A stretch of 41,532 nucleotides of DNA, from the NCBI GenBank assembly GCA_910585135.1, contig CAJUEB010000001.1, forward strand, positions 6,027 through 47,558. The letters run 5' to 3'. Under the pieces are notes generated by a model that made no database searches, had not been told where the DNA came from, and was given only the letters and a program-made list of their open reading frames with translations. The stretch is from an uncultured Eubacteriales bacterium (GTDB lineage Bacteria > Bacillota > Clostridia > Peptostreptococcales > Anaerovoracaceae). A program made the translations under genes and the position numbers. Of the stretch, positions 20,041 to 29,079 are shown piece after piece (position 1 is the first letter of the stretch; each line of letters starts with the position of its first letter).

Positions 20041-20130
20041 GCATTGCAGCGCACAACGCCGCGCCACACAGCATTTCACTAAAACACACAGCACAACTCT
20101 GCGCCATATTCCACGATACTGCGCCGAGCA
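20041..20130. repeat. Degenerate pentanucleotide tract (approximately RCRCN)
   Basis: Parses in 5-nt phase: gcatt gcagc gcaca acgcc gcgcc acaca gcatt tcact aaaac acaca gcaca actct gcgcc atatt ccacg atact gcgcc. Confidence 0.6.
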
Positions 20131-20209
20131 AGCTACACAGCATTGTTCTTTATTTCGGCCGCAATGCTAAAATCAACGACAGCAAACCCGATTGGTTCAT
20201 ATTTTTATT

Positions 20210-20257
20210 ATTATACAAAAAAAACCACCGTATTCGCAACCATAATACGGTAGTTTT
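20210..20257 (-). terminator. Intrinsic terminator overlapping a putative sigmaA promoter for the M50 protease
   Basis: Minus strand AAAACTACCGTATT-loop-AATACGGTGGTTTTTTTT hairpin with T tail; TTGCGA-18bp-TATAAT is embedded in it. Confidence 0.65.
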
Positions 20258-20392
20258 CACATATTTATCGCATTTCGAATTTCAAGGCATTTCAAGGTTT
20301 TGCAAGACTGACTTTGCAACGCATCATGCGAACCGCCGCATGCAGTCCCATCTTACGCCTTGCGCTGCCCTCATCGATCCATATGTCAGTTT

Positions 20393-21160
20393 TTAGAGGT
20401 ACAACTCATTTTCTTTTCTTTCAGAACAAGCTTTTTTTATAACCAATGCCACAGAAGAAACCACCGCTTTATTCACCTTACGGGCTGACTGCGGGCAATT
20501 TACAACACAACGCATACAGGAAAGGCACTTCTGTGTATCCGTGACCTTAAAATCCTCTGTGCTGATTGCCATTGCAGGACACTGTTTCGCACAAAGACCG
20601 CAATTGGTACAAGCATTGTTTGCTTTGGGAACCAAGCTGACCACAGATATTTTTTTATAAGGACGATTTCCCGGAATCTGCGGCGTGGAAAATGCAGCCG
20701 GGCTGCCATTTATTTTATCTAAAATTTGATTGGCAAAATCATTTAGCTGGCTTTCATCTTCCGCATCGGGCCTTCCTGCTGCATACTGATGAAAAATAGA
20801 ATGCTCTGCAACGGCAGCGATAGCGGCAATAATGTTAAAACCGCTTTTTTCTGCAATATCGCTTAATTCAACCAAGGTATCCTCGTATGCCCTGTTGCCA
20901 TACACACAAACGATGACACACGGAGTCTGATTCCCACGGATATTAGAAATCCTTTCAGCCGCAAGACCGGGAACACGCCCTCCATAAGAAGGGACAGCAA
21001 TCACCGCGACATCCTCCTGCTTGAAGCAGAGCGAGGAATAATCAATTTTTGCGTCGGATAGATCAATTTTATTGACAGGCATTCCCCATGCCTTCGTGAT
21101 GATCTCCGCAACTTTGTCAGTTCCTCCGGTTGGACTAAAAACAAGCTGTGAAACATTCAT
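20393..21160 (-). CDS. EFR1-family flavodoxin + 2[4Fe-4S] ferredoxin protein
   Basis: FSPTGGT, PSYGGRVP, VYGNRAYEDTLVEL, EHS, CTNCGLCAKQCP and CLSCMRCVVNCP. Start at ATG 21160 (alternative GTG 21169). Confidence 0.88.
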   Translation of the reverse strand: MNVSQLVFSPTGGTDKVAEIITKAWGMPVNKIDLSDAKIDYSSLCFKQEDVAVIAVPSYGGRVPGLAAERISNIRGNQTPCVIVCVYGNRAYEDTLVELSDIAEKSGFNIIAAIAAVAEHSIFHQYAAGRPDAEDESQLNDFANQILDKINGSPAAFSTPQIPGNRPYKKISVVSLVPKANNACTNCGLCAKQCPAMAISTEDFKVTDTQKCLSCMRCVVNCPQSARKVNKAVVSSVALVIKKACSERKENELYL

Positions 21161-21161
21161 G

Positions 21162-21644
21162 CTATTCACTGACGATGCTCACCTTCTTCATCTTCTGTTC
21201 CTTCTTCGGTTTGTCGGACATGTTCCTCGGCTGGTTGACAATCGCATCCGCCGCCTCCATTCCCTCGATAATCTTGCCGAATGCCGCATATTGCCCATCA
21301 AGATGCGGGGAATCAGCAACCATGATGAAAAACTGCGAGCCTGCCGAGTTCGGATCCATCGCCCTTGCCATAGACAGCACGCCTCTTTCATGCCTCAAAT
21401 CATTTTGGAAGCCATTCGCTGTAAATTCTCCTTCGATACTATATCCCGGGCCGCCCATACCCGTTCCCTGCGGACAGCCGCCCTGAATCATAAACCCAGG
21501 GATCACGCGATGAAAGATCAATCCGTCATAAAAGCCTTCCTCGACCAGCTTCACAAAATTATCAACCGTCTTTGGCGCGATTTCCGGGTAAAGCTCACCC
21601 TTCATCACATCGCCGTTTTCCATCTCAATCACTACGTATTTCAT
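21162..21644 (-). CDS. ppiB: Cyclophilin-type peptidyl-prolyl isomerase
   Basis: APKTVDNF, FYDGLIFHRVIPGFMIQGG, RGVLSMAR, AGSQFFI, HLDGQYAAFG. Confidence 0.95.
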   Translation of the reverse strand: MKYVVIEMENGDVMKGELYPEIAPKTVDNFVKLVEEGFYDGLIFHRVIPGFMIQGGCPQGTGMGGPGYSIEGEFTANGFQNDLRHERGVLSMARAMDPNSAGSQFFIMVADSPHLDGQYAAFGKIIEGMEAADAIVNQPRNMSDKPKKEQKMKKVSIVSE

Positions 21645-21821
21645 ATTCTTCTCTTCTCCTCCTTTTTACAATTTTAACGTTTTTATTTATATGTTCCATG
21701 CGGTTACGCGTTCGATTCCTGCCGCACATTCCACACGCTTTCACATACATGCCTCGCTGCGTTTTTCAACAAACGGCCGCATGTGCGAACTTTTGCAAAT
21801 CGCACCAACCCACTGATCCCG

Positions 21822-22274
21822 CTAATCCCGCAATTTAAACGCATTATAAGCGAAATAATCTTCATTCAAATACCGCCAGAACTCATCCTTGAGATATTCC
21901 GGGTATAAGACAGGGAGTTCTTCGATTTCCTGGCGCGACATAAATTTTACTTCCCGCAACACCTGGCTATCTTCATCGAATTCAGGATCTAAGCCAAGCG
22001 CCATTTCCCCGCCAATGATCCGACCCATGAAAAAATTGACAAACCGCTGTCCCCGCTCCGAAACCTCTTCCACGTGCCAGATCAGCTTGCCCACTTCGAT
22101 ATCAAGGCCGGTTTCTTCTTTGATTTCACGAACCGCCGCATCGACAGAGTTCTCGCCCTCTTCAATGCCGCCGCCCGGAACCATCCAAATATCCCGATCC
22201 TCATGTTCTTGCTTTACCATCAGCATCCTGTTCTGATTATCCAGGATGACAACCCTTACTCCACCTACCCACAT
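21822..22274 (-). CDS. NUDIX hydrolase
   Basis: Complete Nudix box GGGIEEGENSVDAAVREIKEETGL. Confidence 0.92.
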   Translation of the reverse strand: MWVGGVRVVILDNQNRMLMVKQEHEDRDIWMVPGGGIEEGENSVDAAVREIKEETGLDIEVGKLIWHVEEVSERGQRFVNFFMGRIIGGEMALGLDPEFDEDSQVLREVKFMSRQEIEELPVLYPEYLKDEFWRYLNEDYFAYNAFKLRD

Positions 22275-22834
22275 AACAATGCTCCTGCTACTCCCATTAT
22301 AATCATCACACGGATCGGCCTCATTTTAAATACGCCTACCAGCAGTACCGTCACTGCAAAAATAACCAGAGGCATAAGATTAAAATAACCAAGTCCGCTT
22401 GTAAACAGCTTTTCCGAAATCAGCGGTCCATTAATTAAAACCGTTTCGCTCACAAAGATAACCGCTGCACCGATCAGGCCTACCGTCACAGGCCTGATGC
22501 CCGCAAAAGCGCCCTGTATCCCGTTGCTTTCACGAAAACGCTCAATAAAACGAAATGCGATCATCATCAGGATAAAAGACGGCAGGCACACACCCAGCGT
22601 CGCCACAAGTGCGCCGAAAAGTCCTGCGAAATTAAATCCCACATAAGTTGCGGCATTGACAGCCATTGGTCCTGGCGTTACCTGCGAAAGTGCAACCAGA
22701 TTGGAAAATTCCTCCGCAGACATGATGCCGAAGGCCTGCACACTCTGAAAAATGAGCGGAAGCATGGCAAGACCACCGCCAAAGCCGAAAAGCCCGATTC
22801 TGAAAAACATGGTGAAAAGGCTGACGTAAATCAT
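22265..22834 (-). CDS. Short-chain chromate transporter family protein (second half of pair)
   Basis: FFRIGLFGFGGG, SQVTPGP.AVN.ATYVG, LPSF. Confidence 0.9.
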   Translation of the reverse strand: MIYVSLFTMFFRIGLFGFGGGLAMLPLIFQSVQAFGIMSAEEFSNLVALSQVTPGPMAVNAATYVGFNFAGLFGALVATLGVCLPSFILMMIAFRFIERFRESNGIQGAFAGIRPVTVGLIGAAVIFVSETVLINGPLISEKLFTSGLGYFNLMPLVIFAVTVLLVGVFKMRPIRVMIIMGVAGALLCG

Positions 22835-23421
22835 TTTTCCACCCCTTCACGATCCGCAGAATGCCCAGAAGCTTTCCGCTTTAATGTAATCGCATGATAC
22901 AGAATGCCCAAAACAGCACCCGCAATAATGACCCATATCACCGTTACGCCGAAAACCCCGATCGCAACCAATGACAAAATAGCAAGAATCCACTGGAAGG
23001 CAGATTTCAGGATCTGCTTTCCAAGCCGCACCACGGTCACTAAAATCAATCCGCATACCGCCGCTTTGATTCCTGTGAAAGCACCCTGTATATAGCTGTT
23101 TTCCCCGATAAAGCCGAGAAACGATACCGCTAAAACAATGATTACAAACGACGGCGTCACCACCCCCAACGTAGCGGCGACAGCACCCAGGACACCTTTG
23201 CGGCGCAAACCGATATACGTGGCGCTATTGATCGCAATCACCCCAGGCAGTGCCTGGCTTACCGCAATGCAATCAACCATGTCTTCTTCCGTAAGCCAGC
23301 CCTTATCCTTGACAAAAATCTGTTGCAGCTGAGGGATCATCGCCATCCCGCCGCCAATCGTGAACAAGCCGATCTTAAAAAATTCCCAATAAAGGCTGCC
23401 ATACAGCCGCATTCGATCCAT
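22831..23421 (-). CDS. Short-chain chromate transporter family protein (first half of pair)
   Basis: FFKIGLFTIGGG, SQALPGVIAIN.A..IG, TPSF. Start uncertain: ATG 23421 just after the TRIC stop; upstream in-frame ATGs overlap TRIC. Confidence 0.85.
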   Translation of the reverse strand: MDRMRLYGSLYWEFFKIGLFTIGGGMAMIPQLQQIFVKDKGWLTEEDMVDCIAVSQALPGVIAINSATYIGLRRKGVLGAVAATLGVVTPSFVIIVLAVSFLGFIGENSYIQGAFTGIKAAVCGLILVTVVRLGKQILKSAFQWILAILSLVAIGVFGVTVIWVIIAGAVLGILYHAITLKRKASGHSADREGVEK

Positions 23422-23425
23422 TTTC

Positions 23426-24079
23426 TTATTCGATACTCTTTTCTGCTTCTCCTTTTTCTCCATCCGCTGTTCTTCCATTTTTGACCCTTGCCAGCTGCCA
23501 GTTAAATTTGATGGAAACCAGCCTGACGGCAAGCGTTACCCCAAAACATAAGTACATCGCGATTGTCATTGCCGCATAAGGGTATGTAAATAAAAATACG
23601 ATAGCCCCCGCAATGCATGCCATAGCGTAAACTTCTTTTCTAAATACGAACGGAATTTCCCTGGCGAACATATCCCGCAAAATTCCGCCTCCTGTCCCCG
23701 TCAGCAACGCCAGCGTAATCACAACGAAGGGCGTACAACCATCACTATTTATCGCTGCTTTTGCTCCGATCGCTGTAAAAGCGGCCAGACCTACCGCATC
23801 GAAAAAAGTTACCAGGCTCTGGAATTTTCGTACCCATTTATGAAAAACAATGACCACGGCCGCCGCAGCCAGGCTTACGACAATAAATATGGGATCAGAA
23901 AGCGCAACGGGCAGAGGAAGATTGATGATGACATCTCTTATAATTCCCCCGCCAACAGCTGTTATGATTGCAAAAAAACCAATCCCATAATAGTCAAGAT
24001 TCTTCTCTATTGCAAGGAGTGCGCCGGACATTGCAAAAGCGACAGTACCGATAAACTCCATCAAAGAAATAAAACTCAT
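23426..24079 (-). CDS. Trimeric intracellular cation channel (TRIC/UPF0126) family membrane protein
   Basis: Duplicated motif IGTVAFAMSG..TAVGGGIIRD and DAVGLAAF..TGTGGGILRD..P..EVYA. Confidence 0.9.
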   Translation of the reverse strand: MSFISLMEFIGTVAFAMSGALLAIEKNLDYYGIGFFAIITAVGGGIIRDVIINLPLPVALSDPIFIVVSLAAAAVVIVFHKWVRKFQSLVTFFDAVGLAAFTAIGAKAAINSDGCTPFVVITLALLTGTGGGILRDMFAREIPFVFRKEVYAMACIAGAIVFLFTYPYAAMTIAMYLCFGVTLAVRLVSIKFNWQLARVKNGRTADGEKGEAEKSIE

Positions 24080-25810
24080 TTATTTTTCCCGGTTTACCGT
24101 ATCGATCGCAGATGCGATGCTCTCCGCCACGGAAATTTCCACTTTATCCGCTTCCCGCCTCAGCTTGTATTCGACGATTCCGTCCGCCGCGCCGCGTCCC
24201 ACGGTGATCCTAATCGGGATTCCCAAAAGATCCGCATCCTTAAACTTAACGCCCGGGCGTTCCTTTCGATCATCTAAAAGAACCTCTACCCCCGCACGAG
24301 TCAGATTCTTATAGATATCTTCCGCAACGGAAGCCTGCACTTCATCATTCGGTTTCATGACCGTGATCATGACATGATATGGCGCCACCGACATCGGCCA
24401 TATGATACCATTTTCGTCGTGATTCTGTTCTACGACAGCGGCCAGCGTCCTCGTAACGCCTATGCCGTAGCACCCCATGACGATCGGTTTATCCTGCATA
24501 TTTTCATCCTTGTACACCGCGCCCATAGCTTCGCTGTACTTTGTTCCCAGCTTAAATACCTGACCTACCTCAATGCCTCTGGCATACTTGACGGGTGCAC
24601 CGCATACAGGACATGGGTCGCCCTCTGCCAAAACCTTGATATCGGCAACGATATCGCCTTCATAATCCCTGCCGTAATTGACATTTTTCAGATGATAGTC
24701 TTCCTTACAAGCACCAGCGCACAGATTCTTCTGTCCCAAAAGCTCGCTGTCAACGACAATAGTGCAGTCATGCAGCCCGACAGGACCTGTAAAGCCGCCC
24801 ACGCAGCCTGTCGCCGCGCTCATTTTCTCCTCATCGGCAAATTCGATCGCATGCTCTGGAATATCGAGCGCATTGATGAGTTTCGTCATGTTCAATTCCC
24901 TGTCGCCTCTTACAAAAGCTGCAACATAGCCGTTTTCCCTGCCTTCTTTATCGTAGGTCACAAAGAGCAATGCCTTCATCGTCTGCGACGTTTCCAGCCC
25001 TAAAAATGCCGCAACTTCGTCAATCGTCTTCGTCTGCGGCGTATGCACCTCTTCCAGCGGAAGCGCTTCAATATCATCCTGCGGCTTTGCATCAACGCAC
25101 AGCGCCCTTTCCACGGTCGCTGCCATATCGCACTTCTCACAGTATGCGATCTCGCTTTCCCCGACCTCCGAGAGTGCCTCAAATTCATGGGAATTGCTGC
25201 CGCCGATTGCGCCGGAATCAGCCTCTACTGCACGGAACGTCAACCCACATCTTGTGAACACCCGCGCATACGCATCATACATATCCTGATAGCTCTGATC
25301 CAGACCCTCCTGATCCTTATCAAAGGAATACGCATCCTTCATGATGAATTCTCTGCTGCGCATCAGCCCAAACCTTGGCCTTGCTTCATCCCTATACTTG
25401 AACTGTATCTGATACAAATTGACCGGAAGCTGACGGTAAGAATTGATATCGTTTCTGGCAATATCCGTAAAGATTTCCTCATGCGTCGGTCCGAGACAGA
25501 AATCCCTTCCGCTCCTGTCCTGAAGCCGCCAAAGCTCAGGTCCGTAAGCATACCATCTGCCCGATTCCTGCCAAAGCTCCGCCGGCTGTACCGCCGACAT
25601 ATGGATCTCCTGCCCGCCGGCCGCATCCATCTCTTCCCTGACGATGTTTTCGATTTTCTGGATCGAACGCCAGCCGAGATGCATGAACCCATACACGCCG
25701 GAAACGAGCTTTCTGATCATTCCTGCCCGAAGGAGCAGAATATGGCTGGGAATCTCCGCTTCGGTTGGAACTTCCCGTAATGTCTTTAAATGCATCTTTG
25801 ATAATTTCAT
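24080..25810 (-). CDS. proS: Proline--tRNA ligase (bacterial type with INS editing domain)
   Basis: SHILLLRAGMIR, LGPTHEE, KYRDEARPRFGLMRSREF.MKDAYSF, EVGQVFKLG.KYS, MGCYGIG, GVKFKDADLLGIP. Confidence 0.98.
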   Translation of the reverse strand: MKLSKMHLKTLREVPTEAEIPSHILLLRAGMIRKLVSGVYGFMHLGWRSIQKIENIVREEMDAAGGQEIHMSAVQPAELWQESGRWYAYGPELWRLQDRSGRDFCLGPTHEEIFTDIARNDINSYRQLPVNLYQIQFKYRDEARPRFGLMRSREFIMKDAYSFDKDQEGLDQSYQDMYDAYARVFTRCGLTFRAVEADSGAIGGSNSHEFEALSEVGESEIAYCEKCDMAATVERALCVDAKPQDDIEALPLEEVHTPQTKTIDEVAAFLGLETSQTMKALLFVTYDKEGRENGYVAAFVRGDRELNMTKLINALDIPEHAIEFADEEKMSAATGCVGGFTGPVGLHDCTIVVDSELLGQKNLCAGACKEDYHLKNVNYGRDYEGDIVADIKVLAEGDPCPVCGAPVKYARGIEVGQVFKLGTKYSEAMGAVYKDENMQDKPIVMGCYGIGVTRTLAAVVEQNHDENGIIWPMSVAPYHVMITVMKPNDEVQASVAEDIYKNLTRAGVEVLLDDRKERPGVKFKDADLLGIPIRITVGRGAADGIVEYKLRREADKVEISVAESIASAIDTVNREK

Positions 25811-25820
25811 AAATTTCTCC

Positions 25821-27062
25821 TTACCTGTATATCGAACATACCGCTTCGGCTGCGATTCCTTCCTTGCGTCCTGTAAAGCCCAGCCTTTCGGTCGTCGTTG
25901 CCTTGATGTTGATCCTGCCCGCTTCGAGCTTTAAAACCCGGGCCAGATTGCCGCGCATTTCATCGATATGAGGCGCGATCTTAGGTGCTTGCGCAATCAC
26001 GGTCACATCCACATTTCCGATGGAATAAAGATTTTCACGAAGCAGCCCTGCCACCCTGGAAAGAAGCGTCAGGCTGGAAATGCCCCGATACTGCTCGTTT
26101 GTATCCGGGAAATGACGCCCGATATCGCCCAGCGCAGCAGCGCCCAAAAGCGCATCCATCAGCGCATGTACCAGCACATCGGCATCGGAGTGTCCCAAAA
26201 GGCCCCGTTCATAAGGAATCTTTACGCCCCCTAGGATCAAATCCCTGCCAGCTTCCAATCTATGGACATCAAATCCTGTCCCTACCCTGGTTTCCATCGG
26301 CAGATCCTCTTTCGTCGTTATTTTAATATTGCGATAATCGCCCTCTACAAGTTTCACCTGATATCCTGCCCACTCAACGACAGAAGCATCATCAGTGCCG
26401 TAGTAACCCTGCTGCATTGCTTTCCGGTAAGCCTCCGTTAAACAGGACTTCTGAAAACCCTGCGGTGTTTGAACGGAAAAATAACGGCTTCTGTCCACGC
26501 TGCGGCTCTCCGCGCCCTCCAAGCAGGTCATGCCCTCCAGGCCACCTGCGCCGGCCAGGTTTTCCTTGTGATCTGCGCTGTCCACGCATTCTGGGCTATC
26601 CGTACCAACCTCGCCCACATACCTAAGGCTATCCTTCAGCGGGACACAGGGAACGGCAGCGCCGCTTTCCGCTGCTGCGTTTATAACAGCTCGCACCACC
26701 GCTTCGCTGATGAAAGGCCGGGCGCCATCGTGGATCAAAATATAGTCCGTCTCCGGCCGCTTGTTCTCGATTTCCGCTAACGCACGGCATACCGAATCCT
26801 GACGCTGCCGCCCGCCGGAAATGATGCTTGCCACCTTGCATAAACCATACTCCGTAACAAGCCTTTGACAATAATCGATATACGCCTCATTTGTCACGAT
26901 AAAAATATCATCCACTTGGTGAATGGACTCGAATACTTTCACTGTCTTCACGATCATCGGCTGACCGCCGATCGCAAGATACTGCTTTGGCGTCCGGCCG
27001 CCAAGACGCTTGCCGCTTCCTGCGGCGGCGATCACGACGGCAACCCTTTTGCTGTCACGCAT
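25821..27062 (-). CDS. ispDF: Bifunctional MEP-pathway enzyme IspD/IspF
   Basis: IspD motifs [35 protein letters not shown]; fused IspF motifs GTGFDVH, GHSDADV, DIG.HFP, KATTTE.LGF.GR.EG. Confidence 0.95.
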   Translation of the reverse strand: MRDSKRVAVVIAAAGSGKRLGGRTPKQYLAIGGQPMIVKTVKVFESIHQVDDIFIVTNEAYIDYCQRLVTEYGLCKVASIISGGRQRQDSVCRALAEIENKRPETDYILIHDGARPFISEAVVRAVINAAAESGAAVPCVPLKDSLRYVGEVGTDSPECVDSADHKENLAGAGGLEGMTCLEGAESRSVDRSRYFSVQTPQGFQKSCLTEAYRKAMQQGYYGTDDASVVEWAGYQVKLVEGDYRNIKITTKEDLPMETRVGTGFDVHRLEAGRDLILGGVKIPYERGLLGHSDADVLVHALMDALLGAAALGDIGRHFPDTNEQYRGISSLTLLSRVAGLLRENLYSIGNVDVTVIAQAPKIAPHIDEMRGNLARVLKLEAGRINIKATTTERLGFTGRKEGIAAEAVCSIYR

Positions 27063-28180
27063 TATTTCACCTGCCTGTTTCCAGCAGGACGAGCGAATAT
27101 CATCCGCCCTGCCGAAGTCTGAAGCACACTTGTAACGGTTACTTTAATTGTCCGTCCGATGAAGCGCTTTCCTTCTTCCACTACGATCATCGTTCCATCA
27201 TCCAGGTATGCGACCGCCTGGTTGTTTTCCTTGCCTTCTTTGACCAGGGCCAGTACCATTTCTTCCCCCGGCAGTACGACAGGCTTCAGGGTATTGGCCA
27301 GCTCGTTTATGTTGAGAACCTCAACGCCTTTGATCGCTGCGACTTTATTCAGGTTAAAATCATTGGTCACGACCTTACCGTTCATGATCTGTGCCAGCTT
27401 CAAAAGCTTCGCATCTACTTCCGGAATATCATCCAGCGACTTTTCTTCCGTGGTATTGTAGATTTCGATGCCGTATTCATTCTGGATCTTATTGAGGATG
27501 TCAAGCCCCCGCCTTCCTCTGTTTCGCTTCAACGCATCTGATGAATCCGCGATATGCCGCAGCTCCACCAGCACAAATTCCGGGATCACGATCGTTCCTT
27601 CGATAAAACCCGTCTTCATGATATCCGATATCCGGCCGTCTATAATCACGCTGGTATCGAAGATCTTCGGCATGGCATCCGTCTTAACCTTGCCTTTGCC
27701 TCCCACTGACGAAATCTTTCGTGACACGCCCCATGTCATTTTGATGTCTTTTCCCTTTTTCGTCGCAATGACAATGCCCACATATCCCAAAATGATATAT
27801 GTGATAATATTCAGTATCACATCGATATATGGAACTTTGATCCCGACGTATATCTGGCTGATCAGAAAGGCGATAATAAGTCCTGCGATCAGACCGATCG
27901 TACCCATCACCACATCGTTGGTGGACACCTTTTGCAAATCAGATTCTATGTCATTTGCAACCTTCGTGCCTTGTCGTTTCAGGGTCGGCGTTAAGCGAAA
28001 GAATATTAATCCAAAAATAATTACGAATAAAAGAGATATGCACAGTTCCTGCACACCCGAAAAATCGACCATTTCTTCATGCCCCGCAAAGCTAAAAAGA
28101 AATGTAATCAATAAAAATACACCATACCCCACGATGGCGCCTGCAACGGTAAGGGCAGCCCTTACTAGTTTTTTCAGCAT
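27062..28180 (-). CDS. Membrane PIN/TRAM-domain protein (YacL-like)
   Basis: N-terminal TMs, PIN motifs [55 protein letters not shown]. Start ATG 28180 behind AGGAGGTG. Confidence 0.93.
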   Translation of the reverse strand: MLKKLVRAALTVAGAIVGYGVFLLITFLFSFAGHEEMVDFSGVQELCISLLFVIIFGLIFFRLTPTLKRQGTKVANDIESDLQKVSTNDVVMGTIGLIAGLIIAFLISQIYVGIKVPYIDVILNIITYIILGYVGIVIATKKGKDIKMTWGVSRKISSVGGKGKVKTDAMPKIFDTSVIIDGRISDIMKTGFIEGTIVIPEFVLVELRHIADSSDALKRNRGRRGLDILNKIQNEYGIEIYNTTEEKSLDDIPEVDAKLLKLAQIMNGKVVTNDFNLNKVAAIKGVEVLNINELANTLKPVVLPGEEMVLALVKEGKENNQAVAYLDDGTMIVVEEGKRFIGRTIKVTVTSVLQTSAGRMIFARPAGNRQVK

Positions 28181-28226
28181 ATGTTTCACCTCCTTTCTTC
28201 TATTTTGTATTAGTTTTTATGTATAG

Positions 28227-28700
28227 CTAAATTGCGCATTCGACGAGCCGGAACGCTTCCTCCCCGTCCATATCCTCCACCAGCATGATCTCACTAAGCA
28301 AAATACGCCTGGCATTGCTGAGCATTTTCTTTTCCCCGGCAGAAAGCTTCTTCCTCCTGTCCATCCTGGTAAGGTTTCTCACGATTTCAGCCGCTTCCTT
28401 GATGTCGCCGGTTTTCAATTTTTTCATATTTTCCCGCTGTCGCTTGCTCCAGTTGACGGGCATCCTGCTGGACTCCTGCCCTAAAATGGATATGACTTGT
28501 TTCACCGCTTCCTTGGAAACGATCGGCCTTACGCCGATATCATCACAGCTGTCCACAGGCAGTAGAAGCTCCATTCCATCACAGGAGATGTTAAGAACAT
28601 AATAGTTCCTGACCGTCCCCAGGATTTTTCTTGGTTCAATATGCTCTATTGTCCCTGCGCCATGCATGGGATATAGAATTCTATCCCCGATCTGATACAT
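28227..28700 (-). CDS. carD: CarD-family RNA polymerase-binding transcriptional regulator
   Basis: MYQIGDRILYPMHGAGTI, IGVRPI, NWSKR (conserved Trp), LSAGEKKML..AR.IL.SEI. Start ATG 28700 behind GGAGG. Confidence 0.92.
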   Translation of the reverse strand: MYQIGDRILYPMHGAGTIEHIEPRKILGTVRNYYVLNISCDGMELLLPVDSCDDIGVRPIVSKEAVKQVISILGQESSRMPVNWSKRQRENMKKLKTGDIKEAAEIVRNLTRMDRRKKLSAGEKKMLSNARRILLSEIMLVEDMDGEEAFRLVECAI

Positions 28701-28727
28701 GAAGAGCCTCCAAGCCATACATATTAA

Positions 28728-28972
28728 TTATAATACCATGCAAGGCTTGCCTCTGCATGGTTCAATAAACGCTTCCCTGCGGCAGCGCCGTGAGAATGTT
28801 CAGCGTTTATTCTAACGAGCAAGCCTGTCGCCGCGAGTTTCAATAAACGCTTCCTTACGGCAGCGCCGTGAGAATGTTCAGCGTTTATTCTAACGAGCAA
28901 GCCTGTCGCCGCGAGTTTCAATGAACGCTTCCTTGCGGCAGCGCCGTGAGAATGTTCAGCGTTTATTATACC
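28728..28972. repeat. Three tandem copies (28759-28816, 28837-28894, 28915-28972; 78 bp period) of the 58 bp palindromic element
   Basis: TTCAATRAACGCTTCCYTRCGGCAGCGCCGTGAGAATGTTCAGCGTTTATT three times with an identical 20 bp linker; homologous to 5719-5866. Confidence 0.93.
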
Positions 28973-29021
28973 ACAAATTCTGTACCCAGCCAACAGAATA
29001 TGATAGAATATCTATATATCG

Positions 29022-29038
29022 TTCACAAAGACCACACA
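29022..29038 (+). promoter_or_regulatory. Possible OmpR/PhoB-type direct-repeat box upstream of the response regulator
   Basis: TTCACA-N5-CACACA (11 bp period) about 40 bp before the start; imperfect. Confidence 0.35.
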
Positions 29039-29079
29039 TTGAAATTTTATTCTTAATATAAATGAAAGGAGACGACACC

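Noticed and set aside
21695..21730. tRNA fragment (GTTCGATTCC T-loop-like word)
   Set aside because: Flanks do not form a T-stem and there is no cloverleaf.
25811..25820. T-box leader for proS
   Set aside because: proS follows ispDF after only 10 bp.
28759..28972. CRISPR array (the unit begins GTT and ends ATTGAAAC on the minus strand, like Cas6-type repeats)
   Set aside because: The repeat is 58 bp, longer than CRISPR repeats. Spacers are only 20-33 bp, two are identical and others are palindromic and related to each other. No cas genes or leader are in the window.
28724..28993. 89-aa minus-strand ORF with 26-aa repeats
   Set aside because: A by-product of the 78-bp DNA period. It has no RBS, and the homologous copies at hpf do not keep an equivalent frame.
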